Shown: positions 1-13,728, counted from the stretch's first letter. The stretch is DNA of 64,000 nt from Octopus sinensis (GCF_006345805.1 NC_043022.1:22568001-22632000), one strand, 5' to 3'. The notes: generated by a model not told the origin, from the sequence alone. A program made the numbers and translations.

Positions 1-6
1 TTTGTA

Positions 7-38
<32 letters not shown>

Positions 39-651
39 CGCATGCATGTATATATACGCGTGTACATTTGTATGTATATCTGTAAAAGTACGTATGTGTA
101 GGTGTTTGATAAGAGCAAGGCGGCAGGTTTCCTCTCTGCTATTGACTTATATCTCACTACAACACGGGTGTTTAAGTACACTGCAACAACAACAACAGCA
201 GCAACAGATACCATCAATACCCATACATATATACATACATACGTACGTACATACGCTAACAGACGCTATGAAAACAACACTAACGCCAACACCGGTTTGA
301 ATAACAGAAACAAACAGCAATAACAACAGACAACAACATCCCTGAAGAGAAAAAAGTTCATTACACAATCGATGAATTCTGTGCCTCCTGGGAATTGCTA
401 TTGAAAAGTTGATGGTGGTTTTATAGAGAAACTTATGACAGAAGACGTCTTGGTAGAAGAGTTTTGATGATAGAGACTGGGTTAGCGACAGACTGAGAGA
501 CAAGGCAGACGAAGAGGACCACCGGCTTTGATGCACTTACTAGGTATGACAACAGGAGACTAGTGTGGCAAATATATGCAGTGGTTAAATCTGTGACAGA
601 AGCCATGTTGTTTGAAGAAGAACAGTTGTGGTGTTAGAAAGTGAGAGAGAA

Positions 652-751
652 NNNNNNNNNNNNNNNNNNNNNNNNNNNNNNNNNNNNNNNNNNNNNNNNN
701 NNNNNNNNNNNNNNNNNNNNNNNNNNNNNNNNNNNNNNNNNNNNNNNNNNN
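652..751. other. Assembly gap (100 N)
   Basis: Run of n characters. Confidence 0.99.
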
Positions 752-1245
752 TCCGTCAGATACTGGAGCCGGTGTAATCGAATAGTTGCCAACCCCCAAA
801 TTTCAGGCCTTGTGCCTATAGTAGAAGAATTACTTTGTCTATCCTTCTGTTTCTAACAGACAGTGAAATCGATATAATCCAGGAAAAGAAAAAATGATTT
901 AAACGTTGTTGTCTGAGAAAAGACTAGCTGCATCTAGTTTACCAAAAGCCGGAACAACAGTCAAAGAATTCTAAAGCATACGAAAGAACTAGTAGAATTA
1001 CTCGCTGAAAAAATATTTTCTATGTATTTTGGAACAACCAGAAAGGAAGAATGGCTGTTGGAGCCAAATAGAAAGCTCTCGAGGGTGAATTCTTGGTATA
1101 CTGTACGATGGTACTAATTCCTAGATGTAAGAGAATAACATCCGTGTGTTAATCGAAGGAAGTATTCTGCTAATGCGCGCCGTTCTCTGTTTCTCGTCGT
1201 TCTAAATATGGACGAACTGAGAGAATTCCTTTTCTAAAATCAGTT

Positions 1246-1283
<38 letters not shown>

Positions 1284-1490
1284 CGTGCGCGCATCACTCG
1301 GTCAGCCTATCTGAAGATCACCAATATTACCAAGTGCAATAGACGCTGCGAACCGACGGTAACATTCTGACCAGACCATTCGTACGCCATAACCAATAAT
1401 TACTGCTCAACAATACTACACCAACACACACACACACCACACACCACACACACACACCCACACATATATATATATATCTTCCTTCTTTAT

Positions 1491-1525
1491 GTTTCCGACG
1501 AAGAGCTCCGCTCGAAACGTCATAC
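1491..1525 (+). ncRNA. Minimal type I hammerhead-like motif in the 5' pseudo-LTR
   Basis: CCGACGA-A-GAGC tcc GCTC-GAAAC-GTC; palindromic ACGT replaces stem III; U4>C core change and weak stem I. Confidence 0.65.
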
Positions 1526-1946
1526 CTCCCTGCTTCCATCTCCTGATCGCCTATTAATAATATACTGTAATTGTTCCTGTTGTTGTTGTTTTTTTGTTTC
1601 CCTTTTGGATTAAATTATACCACTGCGCGCCTACACGGGACCCCTGTACCTTGGATACCCACTCTCGATTTTTTGCACCTACGGATTATTGTTACCATTC
1701 TTCCTGACCTACGGATCACCTGCAACCTTCTTCCGGAGTAACCGCTTACCGTGATGTAAACAATTACTTAATCTGTCCGTTGACTCTCAAATCTCTTTCC
1801 TGACTTTTTTTCAACTTTTTTCTATTGTTTTCAACTGTCTTCACCCTTTTTCTTCTTTCGTTGTTTTCCTGTTGTCTCTTCTCTCCTTTTTCCTGCTTCG
1901 CCACCACCCCTTACCACACCTGTACCTGTTTGCCACACCTCTCATC

Positions 1947-4873
1947 ATGCCGACTTGCACTCGTTCGTCCCACACCTCAATCCCTCCTCAGCCCTACTCT
2001 CGTATGTCGCGTTCTCTCCCCCCACAATGTTCCGCACCTGCTATAAAACTTTCCCGCTTGCTTTTTTAAGAAACCCGCCACTCTAGTCATCTTTCCTTTC
2101 TCAGCCGGTGCCTCCGCCATCATGTCACACCACGGAAATTTCCTCTTGCGTTTCCTCGCTACCCCCCCCGAAACCCCCTATTCCTCCCCCTTCATCGAAC
2201 CCACCCCTCGCTCGGACCTCCCGCCTCCCTCCTCCGCGCCACCATCCGCTCCACCCGCCCCCTCCTTGACTCCCTCGACCATCAACTTCCCCAGGCCTAC
2301 CTCCTTCTCCTCCCGCCCTCTCTGCCCTCCACTCTTCACACCAACCTATCCTCCGCTTCATTCTTAATCTCAACCACCACTCTACAACCACCTCACACAC
2401 ACAAAAACAAAAAACTCCACCTCCTCCTCAACCCCTCGCCCCCTTCCCCACATCCTCCCCCACTGTTCCCCCCCCCCCCCCCTCCTTCGCACCTACCCCC
2501 CCCTTCCACGGACCCCTACCACCCCCACCGTGAACCTTCCTACGCCTAACCCATCTCACCCAACCACCCCTACCCTCCCCTTCACACCCCTGCACCCCTC
2601 CTCCGCCTGCCCCTAGTCCTCCCACCACCCCACCCCGCTTCCTCTCGCTGTTGTCACTATAACCCCCCCCACCTCCCCCTCTCCGCCGCTGAGCGCTCCC
2701 TCCTCAGTAAAGGTCTCCGCTTCACTGCCACTCACTCGCCACTGTGATATTCCGAGACTCGGGCGGACGTCACCTGTTCCTGTGCCGCCTCAAACTTCGC
2801 GCATACTACCACGCGTCCCCGCAGCGTCAAAACAATCAGGATTGCTTTTTGGGAGCTGGGGCGTCGTCCATCCATCTGGACGCCGCCCCCAGGCCTTTTC
2901 AGTAGCCTAGATTCGTGTTGTACATGACTGCAACGCTTTGGTCCCCACCGTTTCAACTTTGAACCAAGACCCCGCCGAGCCAACCTCACTCGGGCCGAAT
3001 CCATTGCCCTCGCCCCCGTCCGCCGTCGTGATGACATTGTCATCAACCGGCGGACAAAGGCGGGGCAGTGGTAGTGTGGCGCGCGGACCTATACAGGGAG
3101 GAAGCGCTCAACCAGCTTCAAAATCCACTCTTCTATCGCCTCCTCCCCTCCGATCCCACCTCCTCCTACCACAACGAGTGTCCTCCACCATCCACGACCT
3201 CATCTCCTCCTCCGCTCTCCTCCCCCTCACCGCCACCAACCTCATCGTCCGCACACCCCGCACCTCCACCATCTACTTCCTTCCCAAGATCCATAAACCC
3301 TCTAATCCTGGCCGTCCCATAGTCCTCTGCCTGTAATTGCCCCACTGAACTCATCTCCCTATACCTCGACCGCATCCCTGTCCCCCTTAGTCCAGCCCGC
3401 CCATCCCACATACACGACACCAACCACGCCCTCCGTCCTCTTCAATTCCCTTTTCCTTCCTTCCAGCCCCTCACATCCTCCTCTTCACTTTAGATGTAAA
3501 ATCCCTGTACACAGTGATTCCCCACAATGACGGTCTCCTAGCCCTCCAACACTTCCTCGACCGTCGTCCCGACCCCACCCCCAGCACCCCCACCCTTCTC
3601 CGTTTGGCCGAGCTCGTCCTCACCCTCAATTGCTTCACGTTCGCCGGGGAAACGTACCAACAGTGTCCGGGGTCGCGATGGGAACTAGATGGGCCCCAAT
3701 TTCGCCATTCTCTTCTTTCTTGGCTACATTGAGGCCCAAGTGTTCTCCCAGTTCTCTGGGCCGACCCCCGAACTATCGGTCGCTAATCGACGACTGCGTA
3801 GGTGCCACCTCCCTTCCCGTGAACTTCTCTGCCAATTCATCTCTTTCCTTTCCAACTTTCACCCCTCCCTTCAATTCATCACCTCCACCATCTCCACACC
3901 TCTGTCAACTTCCTTGAATCTCCTCTCCTCCTCGGATCAACAATCCACCCCTCCAGATCTCTCACCACCACCACCGCCTTTTTTAAACTACGGATTCCCA
4001 CCTCTATCTCACCTTCTCTTCCTCCCACCCCCTTCCACACCAAACGAGCCATCCCCTACTCCCAGTTCCTCCGCCTCCGACGTTTGTGCACCGCGACCAG
4101 GATTTCGAGACCCAATCTCAATACCTGGCCCGCATGTTCAGACTCCGAGGTTACCCCACACCATACTCCTCTCTGATGCCCTCACCCTCGCCGTCCGTCA
4201 TCGACCGCACTACCGCCCTGTCTCCTTCCCCCCGCCCACCCCCCAACCGCACCCCCCTTCCCCCTCCTTTTCCACCCCTCTACCCTCCCCCTTCGTCGCA
4301 AGATACTACGTGCCTTCCGTCACTTCCAGCTTGATCCCACCACCCGCCCCATTTTTCCCTACTAACCTACCCCTGTCCTCTTTCAAACGAGCCCGCAATC
4401 TGCGTGACCTCCTGGTCCACAGCACCCTCCTCCTCCCCCTCAGCCCCACACGGATCATTCCCTTGCTCTAGATCCCGCTGCAAACACTTGCCCCTTCATC
4501 ACCCACACCACCGGCTGTCACCGGCTCCAACCTGCACACTGTACGCATTAGGCACTCTTTTACGTGCACCTCGTCTGGCCTTATTTACTACTGCATTAAA
4601 TGCAACCTATGCGGGATGCTGTATGTAGGACAGACGGGACGCCGGTTGTCCGACCGTTTCACTGAGCACTTAAGGGACGTTCGCCTACACTCTCTTTCTC
4701 CCGTCGCACGCCACTTCCGTTCGGCCGGCCATTCCCTAGATGACATCTCAGTGTTTGGTCTCGCCCCCCCACCAGGTCGCCCCCACTTTCCAGGCTCCAC
4801 TTGGAGCAACGCTACATCTTCACCCCTACACACTACCACCCCACACGGACTTAACACAGCCCCCTCCTCTTGA
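1947..4873 (+). pseudogene. PLE ORF: reverse transcriptase plus C-terminal GIY-YIG endonuclease, multiply frameshifted
   Basis: Motifs across frames: N-terminal HLSFLSRCLRHHVTP; RT YFLPKIHKPSNPGRPIV, LDVKSLYTVIPH, LAELVLTLNCFTF, GVAMG, MGPNFA, IDDC; endonuclease CNLCGMLYVGQTGRRLSDRFTEH, VARHF and PHGLN before TGA 4871-4873. The start ATG at 1947 is tentative. Confidence 0.92.
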
Positions 4874-4874
4874 G

Positions 4875-7600
4875 ATCTGTTTTTTTTTTTTTTTTTTTTT
4901 TTTTTTGCACACCACCCACACCCACACACCCACCTGCCTCCCAACACGACACACACCCACCCACCTACTCCCACACACACCCCAACCACCTACCTCCCAC
5001 ACGCCTGTTCACACACACACATACGCAGACCCATTTACGTACATACATTCACACATTTAATCACACACACTTACAGACATACTAGCACACACTAACATAC
5101 AAACCAACATGCACATACACACACACATACATACATACGCACAACACATACATACTTACACACACACACACACAGACATACATACACACATACACACACA
5201 CATACATACGCACATACATACACACACACTCACACACACACACACACCGCACGTACATACTTCACACACACACATGCAAACATACATTTAGGCACATACA
5301 TACATACATGCCCCAACATGCACACCCTTACACTGAATGCACACACACATACACCTTTTTGCATCCAGGCAGCCCCCCCTCTTTTCTGCTTTCCGGTTTT
5401 GGCTGATGGATCCTCGGTTCCCGCGCGTAGCGGGGCGTTCGAGGGCCTTTGCGCTCGCGCGCCTTGGCGCGCGCTGGGGGCTTGGTCGGCCCCTTGGGCT
5501 TGCGTTGTACTGCTTGTGCGTTGTGTGCGTGAGCGCGCTTTGTGCGTGTGGGCTTGCTTCGGATGTGCGCGTACGTATGTATGCATACATACCCACACAC
5601 TCGCATGCATCCCTACCCACATACATACACGCACACCTACTCACACACACACATACACACACATACCTGCACACACACACACATACATACATACACATCA
5701 ATACCTACTTCAGACATACACACACACAGACATACACCCATACACTCACACTCACACGCATACACACACACATACACACGCACACGTACACATACACACA
5801 CACACACACACCTACTACATACATTACACACTTGTATACACACACACTTACATTCATACACACACACACCTACACAGCCATACCCTCACTCAGACACACA
5901 CATCTACCTACACACACACAAACACACACGGACACACACCCATACATACATACATCTACCACACACGCCTACACACATACACACACATACATAAACACAC
6001 ACACATATACATATACACACATACGCACACACACATATACTTATACACATGCACACACACACCAACATACATACATACACCCTATACATACATACACACA
6101 TACCCACATACTCCTATACGCCATACATACACAAAGACATACACACTTACACACTCACACAACATACACACACACATACTTACACACACACTCCCTGCAC
6201 GCGCACACACATGCATGACAAACACCCATACCCTCACACTCACATACGCACCACACCAACAAACATCAACACGCACACGCACACACACAACACCTACACT
6301 CCCCCCCACATAACACACGCACCTACATACCCACACAACTCACGCATACACACGCCACCACACATACATTACACACGTACACCCACACCCACATACACAT
6401 GCATACACACACACACACCAAACATGCACGGGACAAACACCCAGATACACACATACACCTATATACACACGCCTACACACAACTACATACACACACATAT
6501 ACACACGTCCCACACACCTCATACACCACACATACATACAAACACACATACATATATACCCCCACACACATGCACACACACACACACATACGCACATGCA
6601 TGCATGCATGCACACGCGCACACCTACACGCATACACACAACACACACACGCACGTACACATACATACATACACACACGCATACATACACCCATCCACAT
6701 ACATGCATCCGACACACACATACATACACACTCACACATACATACACACACACACACTCACTCACAACACCTGTATGTACGCGCACACACATGCACATAC
6801 ACACACTTCCCCACACCCACACGTACATACATACACACTCACACACATACCACACACACACGGACATACATCTATGCACACCACACATACATACACACAT
6901 ACTCACATACATTCATCGCACACACTGCCACCCAGACATACACAACAGACACACTCACACATCCACACACATACATACGTACGCGCATACTCGCAGGCAC
7001 GCGCACATACGCACTTACGGCCGGCTCGCGTTGCATACGCGTCGCATACACCTCCGCCCTTGGACCTGACGAGACCTCCCGCCCGTTCCTGGGACCGTCG
7101 CGTGTCGTTGGGTTTTCCCACGCCTGTCTCCGCGGTACCACTCTTCCATCTTCCCCTCAGCTGGAGTCCTTTTTCCTTAACCCCCCCCTTTTTTCGTTAC
7201 ACACACGCGCACACATATACACACCTTGCCTATATATATACATCACTCTTACACACATTCAAATCTACTCATTAATAATACCACCACGACACTGGACACA
7301 CACCACACACTACTACTCAACACACGCTGGCACGCTACATACGTACGCCCCCACACCCTTCACTCCCTCCCTTCTCCTTCCTTCTTTTTCTTACTACTGA
7401 CCTCCCTTCCTCCTTCCTTCTTTTTCTTAGCACTGACCTCGTCTGCTAGCTGACCACTAGTCTCGCCCTACCTCACACGCCTACAACAGACGCACACACT
7501 AACACACACATATATTTTTTTGTTTTTTCATCTCGCCTCACACACACACATACACACACGCACATGCAGCACACACTCACACATACACCACATCTGTTGG
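4875..7600. repeat. Degenerate (CA)n/(CATA)n low-complexity tract inside the PLE 3' region
   Basis: About 2.7 kb of CA-rich sequence with two GC-rich islands (about 5355-5590 and 6975-7200). Confidence 0.9.
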
Positions 7601-7768
7601 GTTACCAACCTTGTCTCACCACTCTTTGCCTTTAAAAACCCACTTTGCTCTTGTTATCGTCAACATCCGCCTTTCACCATGTGCAACTCGTAAACACCAG
7701 TCGTCTTTTTTCTCTTTCCCTGTTGCCCGCTCTGGGATCTTTTTTTCCTCTCTCTCTTCCTTCTTTAT

Positions 7769-7803
7769 GTTTCCGACGAAGAGCTCCGCTCGAAACGTCA
7801 TAC
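7769..7803 (+). ncRNA. Minimal type I hammerhead-like motif in the 3' pseudo-LTR
   Basis: Identical to the motif at 1491-1525. Confidence 0.65.
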
Positions 7804-7890
7804 CTCCCTGCTTCCATCTCCTGAGCGCCTATTAATAATAATACTGTAATTGTTCCTGTTGTTGTTGTTTTTTTGTTTCCCTTTTGGATT

Positions 7891-7933
<43 letters not shown>

Positions 7934-8270
7934 TATGCATATACATGTGTGAGTGTGTGCGCGCGCGCGCGTGTTTGTGTGTGTGCACGTGCGTGTGGTG
8001 CGTGCGTGCGCGTGTATGTGTATATCCACATACATAGTGTGTGTGTGTATGTGTGTAAATTAGAGCCATTCTAAAATGTACAAAGAATTCACCCTCAATA
8101 GCTTTCTATTTTGCTCCAATAGCCATTCTTCTCTTTTGGTTTGTTTCCAAAATGCATAAGAAGATATTTTTCAGCGAGTAATTGAGTAATTCTACAAATT
8201 CTTTCGCATGTTTTAGAATTTTATATATATATATATAGGGTTTCCCGACCAAGTTTAGATTTGTAGCGAC

Positions 8271-8307
<37 letters not shown>

Positions 8308-8405
8308 ACAATATAAAAATAGATAATAAACTGCGATATAAAACAATAAAATTTTTCTGAGAAATTTTATAAAATCTACGTAAAGTTTTTTGAAGAAGAG
8401 ATATT

Positions 8406-8820
8406 GGATCTTTTCGGTTTGAACGGCAGTTTTTTCTAGCGGTGTCATATGAAATTGTCACCCATAATTATGACCCTAGTATCGATCTTTTGCATTTTAA
8501 TGTTTTAGGGTTAGGGTTTGGGGTGGGGGGAAAGGTATCTTTTTTTTCTTCACAAATGTAAATAAACCCAATCTGTTTCTTAAACGAGGGACATATTTAT
8601 ACGGCACAGAATTTTTCACCTCAATAGACGTCATTGATTGGTTGAAATTGCAGAAATTGAAGAAAAACAACAACAAATATCTTACAAACTATAGAATTTT
8701 CTCAATAAAGCCAAGAGAAAAAGATGTTTTATAAACACATTCTACCAGTAAACGAAGTTTAAAATTTTTTAGTTACGTGGAAATTATTTTAAAAAACTGC
8801 CGATCAAACCGAAAAGACCC
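8406..8820. mobile_element. MITE family M1 (about 400 bp, GG...CC termini, 8-bp TSD; Merlin- or hAT-like)
   Basis: TIR GGATCTTTTCGGTTTGAACGGCAGTTTTT; TSD GAGATATT at 8398-8405 and 8821-8828. Confidence 0.88.
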
Positions 8821-9000
8821 GAGATATTTATGTAATCTGTATCAATTAATGATTTCTTTCTTCTCTGAAGAACATATATGACCAAATATAGTTATCTATA
8901 AAATGAATTGCCGTGTTCTTGCTCTTTTCGTTGAATTTGTTTGATATTAACTCCTTTCGTTCATTTTCGTAACATTTTCAATCGGATTTAAGAAAGGTAA

Positions 9001-9345
9001 ATTCTTTTCTACTCTAGGTACAAGGGCCGAAATTTATGGTGGAGGTGGACCAGTCGATTAGATCGACTCCACTGTGTAACTGGTACTTAATTCGTCGACT
9101 CCGAGAGGATGAAAGGCAAAGTCCACCTCGGCGAAATATAAACTCAGAACGAAAAGACAGACGAAATACCTATTTCTTTACTACCCACAAGGGGCTAAAC
9201 ACAGAGAGGACAAACAAGGACAGACAAACGGATTAAGTCGATTATATCGACCCCAGTGCATAACTGGTACTTATTTAATCGACCCCGAAAAGGATGAAAG
9301 GCAAAGTCGACCTCTGCGAAATTTGAACTCAGAACATAAAGACAG
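9001..9345 (-). mobile_element. SINE family A, tandem partial units
   Basis: Reverse complement of the B-box GAGTTCAAAT and the core GCCTTTCATCCTTTCGGGGTCGAT...AAGTACCAG; two different 3' tails. Confidence 0.85.
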
Positions 9346-9789
9346 CAGGTAGGTAAATTAAATTTAGATTTAACGCGTTCATTACTGAGCTTAAGCGATA
9401 CAGTTATAGAAATAATGGGTGTACTTCCATAATTTAATTAACAATCTGTTGTTTTTTAACACACCTTCACTGTTTTTCTTATTTTGCATGGGTATGTCTG
9501 CATAATCATTATTTATATTATGACTAACTATATATATTTTTTATAACTATCTATTTCTATAACTGTCTATATATTTTTTACTATAATGGTACACTGTATT
9601 CTGCTTGCTTCTATGTTCTCGTTTTGTTTTTAAATATAGTAAAATTCTTTGAGCATCCTTCCCTGGAGATATTCTTAATTGTGGTAATTAACCGAATTAA
9701 TTTAGTTGAATTAAATTAAATTTGGCTAATTTAATTTGTTACCATGTGGTTGGTAAGCAAGCTACATACCACACAGCCACTCCTGCGCC

Positions 9790-9846
<57 letters not shown>

Positions 9847-9852
<6 letters not shown>

Positions 9853-9951
9853 GCTTCGGCAGTACATATACTAAAATTGTAACGATACAGAGAAGATTAG
9901 CATAGCCCCTGCGCAAGGATGACACGCAAATTCGTGAAGCGTTCCATATTT
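9847..9951 (+). pseudogene. U6: Full-length U6 snRNA retrocopy
   Basis: GTACTTGCTTCGGCAGTAC 5' hairpin, ACAGAGAAG box, ...GACACGCAAATTCGTGAAGCGTTCCATATTT; two substitutions at conserved positions; preceded directly by microsatellite with no promoter and only a T3 3' end. Confidence 0.95.
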
Positions 9952-9956
9952 AACAG

Positions 9957-10190
9957 GGCGGTGAGCTAGCAGAATCGTTAGCACGCCGGGCGAAATGCGT
10001 AGTCGTATTTCGTCTGCCGTTACGTTCTGAGTTCAAATTCCGCCAAAATCGACTTTGCCTTTCATCCTTTCGGAGTCGATAAATTAAGTATCCGTTATGC
10101 ACTGGGGTCGATGTAATCGACTTAATCCGTTTGTCTGTCCTTGTTTGTCCCCTCTCTGTTTGGGCCCTTGTGGGTAATAAAGAAACATAA

Positions 10191-10191
<1 letters not shown>
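9957..10191 (+). mobile_element. SINE family A, complete monomer with tail-1
   Basis: tRNA-like head GGCGGTGAGCTAGCAGAATCGTTAGC...GAGTTCAAATTCC, a central domain resembling Meta/Sauria-type SINE cores (from memory), and tail ...CCCTTGTGGGTAATAAAGAAAC. Confidence 0.88.
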
Positions 10192-10227
<36 letters not shown>

Positions 10228-10589
10228 TAGTCGTCCGTACAAGTAAAACGTTGACAGTGGCAGTTTCGGCGTACCTACCTTCACCGGACTGTCTGCTGTA
10301 GGCCCAGCAATCCGACACGTCGAAGTCACTGTTAACCTGTCCCTTGTGTTCTTTTATCCTTTATTCTTTTACTTGTTTCAGTCATCTGACTGCGGTCATA
10401 CTGGAGCACCGCATTGAGGGGTTTAAGTCGAACAAATCGACGCCAGGACTTGTTTTTAAGTCCTAGTACTTATTCTGTCATTCTCTTTTGTTGAACCGCT
10501 GTTACGGGGAAGTTAACACACCAACACCGGTTGTCAAGTGGTGATGGGGGACAAACACAGACACAAAGATACACACACACACACACATA

Positions 10590-11230
10590 TTAGATTGTTC
10601 CGACAATAATGGCCGATTTCAGAAACAATTTTATTCTGGAAAAATTAACAATAGAAATGTTTTGATTAGTCAAAGTATGAGCCGTGAACATCGCTGCATC
10701 TCTGCCATCGATCAACGAGATTAATTGTGCCTCGTTGATAAAAACTTATTGGCTTTGATGCTAAGAAATCTTTGAAAGCTGATTCCACCTGTGGTTTGGA
10801 CCTGAAAGTTTTATCACTTAAAAGCGTGTTTAAAAGCTTTTAAAAAATGGTAATCAGGAGGTGAAAGGTCAGGAGAATATGGAGGATGTGGTAAATTCTC
10901 GTATCCCAAGTCTGTGAGTTTCTGCAGCATCATTTTTGCAACATGTGTATTAGCATTATCGTGGAGTAGAATTGAGCCATGCCGATTCACCAATGCAGGT
11001 CTCATTTTTTGCAAGTGAGCATGCATTTCAGTGAGATGATTGCAGTAAACCTCTGCTGCAATGCTCTGATTGGCTTCAAGAAAGCTGTAATGGACAACAC
11101 AAATTGCAGGCAACCAGACAGTCAACATAATCTTTTGCTGATGCAACTTTAGCTTTGGGAAACGTTCAGGGGACTCAACACGATCAAGCCATTGACCTGA
11201 TTGTTTACGGTTATCATAAAGGATCCACTT
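10590..11230 (-). mobile_element. Degenerate mariner transposase 3' fragment
   Basis: ORF 10814-11146 has LLHDNA and HPPYSPDLSPPDYH, the second-D and YSPDL motifs of mariner transposases. Confidence 0.9.
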
Positions 11231-11765
11231 TCGTCAAGAAAAAGATCATTGGTGTTTCGCAGAACGTAACGGCAGACGAAATACCACTAAGCATTTCGCC
11301 CGACGGGCTAACGTTTCTGCCAGCTCGCCGCCTTCAGCTTAATAATTATCTGTTGTCATTTACGACTTGGCAAAAAAGCAACATATGCGTGTACGTGTGC
11401 GCGCAATCGATTATTTCCTCTGCATCTGTTGGCCTCGCGCCAAAATCTTAAACAGTTTCTCTGTTATCACCTGTTCATAAGCATTACAATATGTGTGCGT
11501 GTGTGTGTTTGCGTGTGTGTGATAAGCAGTTTCCAGGCTCAGTTCCAAGAGTGGCACCTTAAGCAAATGTCTTCTACTAAATGTCTTCGACTAAAAAGGT
11601 GGTGCTCCAGCATGCCGCAGTCAGATGACTGAAACAAATAAAAGTATAAGTACGAAAGTGTAGCCTCAGGCCGACCAAAATCTTGTGTGTGAATTTGGTA
11701 GACGTATATATGTATGTGTGTGTGTAAATATATATATATATATATTCACGCATATCTAAATTTGT

Positions 11766-11824
<59 letters not shown>

Positions 11825-12228
11825 GGCGAAGGAGTGGCTGTGTGGTAAGTAGCTTGTTTACCAACTACATGGTTCCGGGTTAAGTCCCACTGCGTGGCAC
11901 CTTGGGCAAGTGTCTTCCACTATAGCCTCGGGCCGACCAAAGCCTTGTGAGTGGATTTGGTGGACGGAAACTGAAAGAAGCCCGTCGTATATATGTATAT
12001 ATATGCGTGTGTGTGTTTGTGTGTCTGTGTTTGTCCCTCTATAGCATTGCTTGACAACCGATGCTGGTGTGTTTATGTCCCCGTTACTTAGCGGTTCGGC
12101 AAAAGAGACCGATAGAATAAGTACTGGGCTTACAAAAGAATAAGTCCCAGGGTCGAGTTTCTCGATTAAAGGTGGTGCTCCAGCATGGCCGCAGTCAAAT
12201 GACTGAAACAAGTAAAAGAGTAAAAGAG
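11825..12228 (+). mobile_element. SINE family B (tRNA head, CORE-like ACCTTGGGCAAGT, internal microsatellite), full copy
   Basis: A-box TGGCTGTGTGG, B-box-like GGGTTAAGTCCC, (GTAAAAGA)n tail; many partial copies elsewhere in the window. Confidence 0.88.
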
Positions 12229-12231
12229 ATA

Positions 12232-12271
<40 letters not shown>

Positions 12272-12786
12272 CCTGCATAAATGCCAAGATATCTCGTCCC
12301 TCCGTGCATTTTGCACCAACGATCCAAGATCAAACACTTTAAAATTCGTAGTTTGTCAACACCCCACCACCAATACACACGCGCGCGCGCGCACAAAGCA
12401 GATTCTATTCCTTAAAGTCCCATGAAAAATTTTCCATTCCCGAAATCAAAAATTCTGACTAACGCTACTTCCGCTCAGCCTCAGCCGGTGACACTAAAAA
12501 TAGTCAAGTCACCGAAATGTAATTATTTTCGCTGTCTAAAATACATCCGGGGGTGATGGTGACACGGAGAGATAGCACGAACACCGAAACAGAAATGGCA
12601 GGGCGTATAAAATATATCCGGACTGTCAGTGACACCAGGGATGGTTAAAACAGAGAAATGTAAAAGGCGGGATGTCTTGAGCAGATTCTCATTTTAGTTT
12701 GGCAAGAAGAGAAACGGTGTCGATCGTTTTCTCTCCTGACTTTACGTTCCCAGTTTGCTCTTGAGGAAGTAGAACTTGATGCATGC

Positions 12787-12850
<64 letters not shown>

Positions 12851-12891
12851 TTATATACGTGTATATATATACATGTACATATATATATATA

Positions 12892-12954
<63 letters not shown>

Positions 12955-13208
12955 CCCTGGGCACAAACAAGGACAGACAAAGGGAAGATGGACACTGAAA
13001 GATGCACGCAGTGTGTATATTTAATATATATATATATGGTGTGTTTATGTATCCGAAACTAAGCGGTTCGGCAAAATACACCGATTGAATAAGTACTAAG
13101 CCTTACAAAGAATAAGTCTTGGGACCGATTTGTTCCACTAAAGGCGGTGCTCCAGCATGGCTACAGTCAAATGCCTGAAACGTCTAAAAGGTAAACAGTA
13201 TCTATCTG

Positions 13209-13289
<81 letters not shown>

Positions 13290-13295
13290 ATATAT

Positions 13296-13350
<55 letters not shown>

Positions 13351-13695
13351 CATATATATATATATATATTTATTATTCATTTCGTTTACGGTAAACGTTT
13401 TTAAGTACGCATATAAAAGCTATTTTATTATGTCGGCTACGACTAGTGATTTGAACCTACGACAGCAGTTTTATGGAATCGTACCGTTACCCCCAACTTT
13501 AATACCATATCGTCTGCAGAAATGAGTGCATGAGCAAAGATCCACCTGATGTCCATAGATATATTACACATTGGACTGCATTCATCCGAAGTATATGGAT
13601 TATGGTGGCCAAAAGTTTGTGATTCGTAGAAACGCGCATAGCGATGCATTGAAATATTCATAAATTCCATCCATGGTGTATTTCTATATTATTAC

Positions 13696-13728
<33 letters not shown>

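Larger units (their letters stand above)
1477..7899 (+). mobile_element. Penelope-like retroelement (PLE), near full length, bounded by direct pseudo-LTRs and flanked by (TA)n
   Basis: Near-identical ~143-bp direct repeats at 1477-1619 and 7755-7899 flank an RT + GIY-YIG coding region; (TA)n lies on both outer sides. Confidence 0.92.

Noticed and set aside
340-650. Coding-looking unique sequence before the gap
   Set aside because: Stops in the plausible frames and no recognisable motif.
5318-7400. Long His/Thr-rich ORFs (up to 408 aa) and similar YI/VC/LSIY ORFs throughout
   Set aside because: Translations of CA, TA, TG and GATA microsatellites; no protein signal.
9847-9951. Functional U6 gene
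   Set aside because: No upstream PSE/TATA region (microsatellite instead), short T-run, two substitutions, fused to a SINE.
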